Program-made: the position numbers and the translations under genes
Sequence record: PZ049713.1
DNA length: 59,621 nucleotides
DNA from: a phage
Reading direction: 5' to 3' (one strand)
Shown: piece by piece, positions 59,309-59,621 of the stretch
Position numbering within the stretch: position 1 is the first letter of the stretch
How the letters are laid out: every line of letters starts with the position of its first letter
Notes under the pieces: generated by a model
Told to the model about the DNA's origin: nothing
The model's input: only the letters and a program-made list of their open reading frames with translations
Database searches by the model: none

Positions 59309-59583
59309 GCTGCATCGTGACGCTCTATTCAATCGACAACCGAGTGTCGCGGCCAGTAGTTCGCGGCACTGAGCCTCGGCGCCCTTCCGACTGGAACGCC
59401 AGCGCGTGGTTCGTGCTGCCCAACGGCGAGAAGCACACCCACAGCGCGATGGCCCGTGGTGAAACAGTCACTGGCCTAGTCGCCTACATGGGCGCCCTGA
59501 TCGACAGCCTGATAGCTGACCACGGCAACCAAGTAGCCAGCGCCGGCTGGACGGCCACAACGCACGGGAGACGGAAGAAATGA
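59305..59583 (+). CDS. Hypothetical early protein (second copy of 8089-8367)
   Basis: Identical translation. Confidence 0.7.
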   Translation: MSCIVTLYSIDNRVSRPVVRGTEPRRPSDWNASAWFVLPNGEKHTHSAMARGETVTGLVAYMGALIDSLIADHGNQVASAGWTATTHGRRKK

Positions 59584-59621
59584 GCCCACTGGCCGGCAGG
59601 AGGCTCAAGCGGCGCACGAAA
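59580..59621 (+). CDS. 5' end of second HNH_3 endonuclease copy (truncated by window end; last bases divergent)
   Basis: MSPLAGRR start as at 8364. The sequence diverges after 59604. Confidence 0.5.
   Translation, partial: MSPLAGRRLKRRTK

Larger units (their letters stand above)
58684..59604 (+). repeat. Direct repeat copy 2: start of a second genome unit; the last 17 nt (59605-59621) diverge
   Basis: Same as copy 1 at +51216. After aggc (59601-59604) the sequence no longer matches 8389 onward. Confidence 0.95.

Overview
GC-rich window made entirely of phage DNA, with no recognisable host genes. It holds one complete 51,216-bp unit (7468-58683) of a lambdoid temperate siphovirus. Gene order: early-left recombination/accessory operon, xis-int-attP, spanin/endolysin, an AT-rich Wzy-like O-antigen polymerase moron, beta-helix tailspike, tail, head, terminase, late-control region, Nin-like and replication genes, then a cro/cI switch with DUF3800 and P63C cargo between OR and OL. 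Two structural oddities frame it. (a) 58684-59604 directly repeats 7468-8388, so the sequence runs past one genome length (circular, concatemeric or terminally redundant source). (b) 1-7477 is a reverse-complement, indel-riddled copy of 7590-15082, joined at a 10-bp microhomology inside the SSB-like gene. This fold-back palindrome is either a sequencing/amplification chimera or a real snap-back defective genome. Most notable biology: an early protein ending in a type II (R67/DfrB-like) dihydrofolate reductase SH3 domain; lysogen-expressed cargo in the position lambda rexAB occupies; a Wzy/tailspike seroconversion pair; a lipoprotein moron inside the tail operon; five homing-endonuclease-like genes, including two Zn-ribbon-repeat HNH paralogs; a recurring family of intrinsic terminators in the late region; and ori iterons inside the replication initiator gene. 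All family assignments rest on motif recognition by eye and need HMM/BLAST confirmation.
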